From assembly GCF_001194135.2 (NCBI RefSeq), contig NC_068985.1:49697486-49749144 (forward strand): a stretch of 51,659 nt of DNA, read 5' to 3'. The notes under the pieces were generated by a model. That model worked only from the letters and a program-made list of their open reading frames with translations, searched no databases and was not told the DNA's origin. Source of the DNA: Octopus bimaculoides. Lineage: Eukaryota. The first letter of the stretch is position 1. Every line of letters begins with the position of its first letter. Both the position numbers and the translations under genes were made by a program. Below are positions 47,913-51,659 of the stretch, piece after piece.

Positions 47913-48404
47913 TATGTGTGTGTGTGTGCTACTATTATTCTTATTATTAGACCTTAACAATGAAATGGAAGATAGTATGCCAAGCAAAGTGTCAAACAAC
48001 AGAGCACTAAATTAAATATCTTCCGATATTTAGTTACGTCCCTTTACACCCCAAGCTTGTCATCATTTAGGGGTCGAGGAAATAATTATGATAGTCAATT
48101 TAGTGTTAACATATTCAATACAGCTGACATTAAAAAAAAAAATTAATTAGAATAATTATATGGTGTTTTCTAAAAATAGTACCAGTCAAGCATAGAACTC
48201 AGAAACAGATGAAGGTCAGTTAATGCCCTCAACACAGCTTTCTCGACCCTACTATTGTATAACTGACAAGTCATTATTATATTTATTGCTGAATGTGAAA
48301 TAATAGATTAAAAATTCAAGCCATCTTCCACATCAGATCCCCACGCAATTATGTTATATATAACCCGTTTCTTTAACATTAAACAATATAATAACATTAT
48401 TTAA

Positions 48405-48825
48405 GGCGCCGAGCTGGTAGAAACGTTACCATGTCGGGAAAAATGCTTAGCGGCATTTTTTCTGACTTTACGTTCTGAGTTCAAAAGTCACCGAGGTAGA
48501 TTTCACCTTTCATCCTTTCTGGGTTGATAAAATAAAGTATCAGTGAAAACACTGTAATAGACTTATCCCCTCCCACGAAATTGATAGCCTTGTGCCAAAA
48601 TTTGAAATTAATATAGTTACATTATCTATTTATAACTAAAGGTGGCGAGCTACCAGAATCGTTAGCACGGCGAACAAAATGTTTAGTAGCATTTCTTCCG
48701 GTTTTACGTTCTGAGTTCAAATGCCACCAAGGTCGACTTTGCTTGGATCGATAAAATAAGTACTAGTCAAATACTGTGACCGATGAAAAATTTCGGGTCT
48801 TGTGCCTACAGTAGAAAGGATTATT
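48405..48825 (+). mobile_element. Two tandem SINE A copies (about 48405-48610 and 48640-48825)
   Basis: aaggcgccgagctggtagaa and aaggtggcgagctaccagaatcgttagcac heads; ttctgagttcaaa B boxes. Confidence 0.87.
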
Positions 48826-49678
48826 TATAAGCAAAGAACTGACAGTCAGAACGCAAAGAGCCGGAATAAATACCTCAGCGCATCCCGTCCGATGCTGTAA
48901 CTGTTCTACCAGTCTATTGCCTCGATTGGTACTTTTTTTTTTATCGATACTGAAAGTATGAACAACACAGTTAACCCCGTGGACATTTGGAGTCAGAGAT
49001 TACAGGATCGGAATAAATACCATGGGGTATTTATTCCGGCTCTTTGCGTTCTGACGGTAGCAACTACAACACAAAGCTTGGCCCGATAAAGACAAGGCCA
49101 AACTTTATCGGTCTTGCCTTTCCCTGAAACATCATCTTTGACGTGGACAGGGGGAGACTTGCAATCATGGACAACTGCCAGTCTTCCACAAAATAAGCCT
49201 CGCCCCGGGGTTGTACCTCGGGAAGGAACTTGCTCAGCCATTTATAAATAAGGCAAGAGGAAAAGCAATAAAAAAATAAATAAACAGAAACCAGTTTACC
49301 ACGTGAACCATGGGATATTTGGGCACTGAAAATGAAACTATGTGATGTTCTCTTTCCTTTAGTGCCTTAAACATATGCTGCTTATATTGTAAATGGTTTA
49401 ATCCAAGTTTTGTGGGTTGATATAGCTGGCTATCCGTTTCTCACTGAAAAAAATTTCCTGGCTTTGTGCCAGTATTAGAGATCGGCGAAGTTTTGGAGTA
49501 GCTGTTCTTCGAAGTTCTGTACTTCCTGGAAAAGAAGAGTTTTTTTGTTTTTTTTTACTTCATTATTTACTACTCTTTTTCTTCAGACACCGAAAATTAC
49601 GATTCTGAAGAAGAAATTTTTTCCAAAAGTTTCGTTTCAGGTTTTTTTGTTTAACACATTCTTCTACACTTATTTTAC

Positions 49679-49749
49679 CCTTTTCTTTTCCCATGAGGTA
49701 AAGGACTCCGAAGGACAACTATTCCAAAGATCTGCCAAAAACTTATTAT
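49679..49749 (-). CDS. Candidate 71-nt exon (D)NKFLADLWNSCPSESFTSWEKKR, unknown gene
   Basis: Very long polypyrimidine acceptor ttttttttctttgtttttattttacAG|, donor AGG|GTAAAA; open frame entering in phase 1 and leaving in phase 0. Confidence 0.42.
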
Positions 49750-49928
49750 CTGTAAAATAAAAACAAAGAAAAAAACCTTGCTTGATGTGACAAAATACGT
49801 AACCAACAACCTAACACATTAACAGATAAAACATCCTACTCTGCTTAATGACTTTACATCTATATTAAGCCTTTTTCCCTTGCGGTTTTAACTTATCTAG
49901 AGTAGCGGGCATATAGGCGTGTGTGCGT

Positions 49929-49966
<38 letters not shown>

Positions 49967-50365
49967 TACACGCAAACGCATATATTAAGATATGCTGTGT
50001 GTCCCATAAGTCTGTCATGTTTTCCAATATAAACATGCTTAAAACGTTGCCTTACTTACAGGTCACCCTGTATGTATGTATGTATGTATGTACGTACGTA
50101 TGTATGGTTATACACGTACGTGCGCGCTCCCGCCCACACTCGCCAGTATGTAAATACATAACACCCAACCTCAAGCAGACAGAAACAAACACACACAAAC
50201 ACACACACATTCTGCGTTGTGCATTGACGAAAGGATGTCAGCCACCCACTCTGAACAATCTGAATAAGCGACTTCTTGTTCGTTAGGGTCTTTTTATTTT
50301 CCCTGACCGAGATGAAAAATTAACCACCTTCGACACCACAATCAACACACATACAACACAAGCAA

Positions 50366-50367
<2 letters not shown>

Positions 50368-50415
<48 letters not shown>
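50368..50415. repeat. (TG)n microsatellite
   Basis: Read directly. Confidence 0.95.
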
Positions 50416-50418
<3 letters not shown>

Positions 50419-50681
50419 GGCTCCCACACATTCAGGAAATGATGATGCAAATTTACAGAATTACTGTCCTTGTTATCTATTAATAATAATGATTCCTACA
50501 ACAGACACTACACGGTCACAAAGGCTGAAGAGAGAAAGGCGTTGAGTAGGCCATATCAAACTCAGTATTGACTTAATTGGAACTTTATTTTATAGCCCTT
50601 GAAAAGGAGCTTCAGTTTGATTTGAACTCAGGACGTGCAGAGACATAACTGAAAGTCGCAATATATTTTGATATTTATATA

Positions 50682-51130
50682 ATGGTTTCTGATTTAGGCA
50701 TAAGGCCAGAAATTTTGAAGGGAGGGGAGAAATCAACATAATCGACTCCGATACTCGACCAGTACTTTATTTTATCAACCCCGAATGATGAAAGTCAATG
50801 TTCACCTCGGTAGAATTTGAACTCGGAATATAGAAAGCCGGAATAAATGTTGCAAGGCATTCCCCCCCCCCCGACACTGACGATTCTGCCAGCTCACTGC
50901 CTTTAATATTTAAATTAAATTTTCTTAATTTAGCTTATAAGGCCAGCAGTTTTGAGATAAAGAGGTTCGTCGATAACCGATCCCAGTACTTCACTAGTAC
51001 TTTATTTTATCGACCCCAGAAAAAATGAAAGAAAAAGATGACCTCAGCAAGATTTGTACTAAGAGCGTAATGTGCTTCAACAAATATTGCAACGCATTTG
51101 AACCGACGCTATAAACATTATCAATGCACC
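50682..51130 (-). mobile_element. Two same-orientation SINE A copies (about 50682-50903 and 50925-51130)
   Basis: cctcggtagaatttgaactc...cgattctgccagctcactgcct; the second, more decayed copy has agtactttattttatcgacccc. Confidence 0.8.
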
Positions 51131-51659
51131 ACCGAAATATCTGCCCCATAAAAAAAAATAAAGGTTACGTCAGTACCGCAGTTAGCATGAACGATAAGGG
51201 GAAGGAAAGGTCCATGGTTTCTATGACACAACCAGTGGTGCGGCATTGCGTCCACGCCATGACCAAAAATACTTCGAGGTTAAATTCATTTAACCGTTAA
51301 AATACATCACGAGGTTGGTGCAGCACACCACAACAGCGAGAGTATTGCAGAATTAATGAGTGTTTCAACTAATTAACTTCAAATGGAACGTTCTGCTTCA
51401 TTTTGAGTAAACAACGAAGAAACTGTTCTATTTCCAAGAATCTTATCTCTGTCTCTTCCTCAATTAATTCTAAAATTGCTCGATCTACGAAGAATTTGGT
51501 CTCCCAAAAGCAATAGAAATTACTAACAAACAAAACAGACAAACAAACGAGAATTCCATCAATAACTGTATAAAGATTAATAGGGAATTTTATTCTCTAA
51601 TTACTCCAAATTGTTTCAGATGTGCACAAGACCCAAGATTTAACGAGAGGGGGGGGGGG

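Overview
AT-rich, repeat-saturated eukaryotic scaffold with six N gaps. The SINE families, long TA/CA/GA microsatellites and transposon mix resemble an octopus (coleoid cephalopod) draft genome; this is inferred from recall, not a search. No intact gene, rRNA, true tRNA gene or CRISPR array is visible. Recognisable protein-coding remnants are all transposon-derived: Tx1/L1 LINEs (one open RT fragment at 1-411, decayed copies at about 10.1-11.6 kb and 31.3-32.9 kb, an endonuclease remnant, a TSD-flanked 3' stub and a probable ORF1 start), RTE, R4/Dong-type RLE, Tc1, two Tigger/pogo, hAT-Buster, Chapaev3-type and Merlin/ISXO2. Non-autonomous elements include hAT, piggyBac, Tigger and GGATC-ended MITEs, plus three tRNA-headed SINE families (called A, B and C here) and an unclassified family E. 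Several splice-bounded, phase-compatible candidate exons on the minus strand (17.9, 17.1, 3.4, 0.9 and 49.7 kb) and a sharp CpG-density step near 7.4 kb suggest unannotated host gene(s), but no protein family was recognised. The most unusual structures are a TIR foldback holding back-to-back tRNA-like heads (6991-7272), mobile elements carrying TTAGGG arrays including a 52-bp telomeric palindrome, a Penelope-type hammerhead-like motif, and a MITE that may supply a promoter and first exon. All translations, counts and coordinates are manual; boundaries of decayed elements are approximate.
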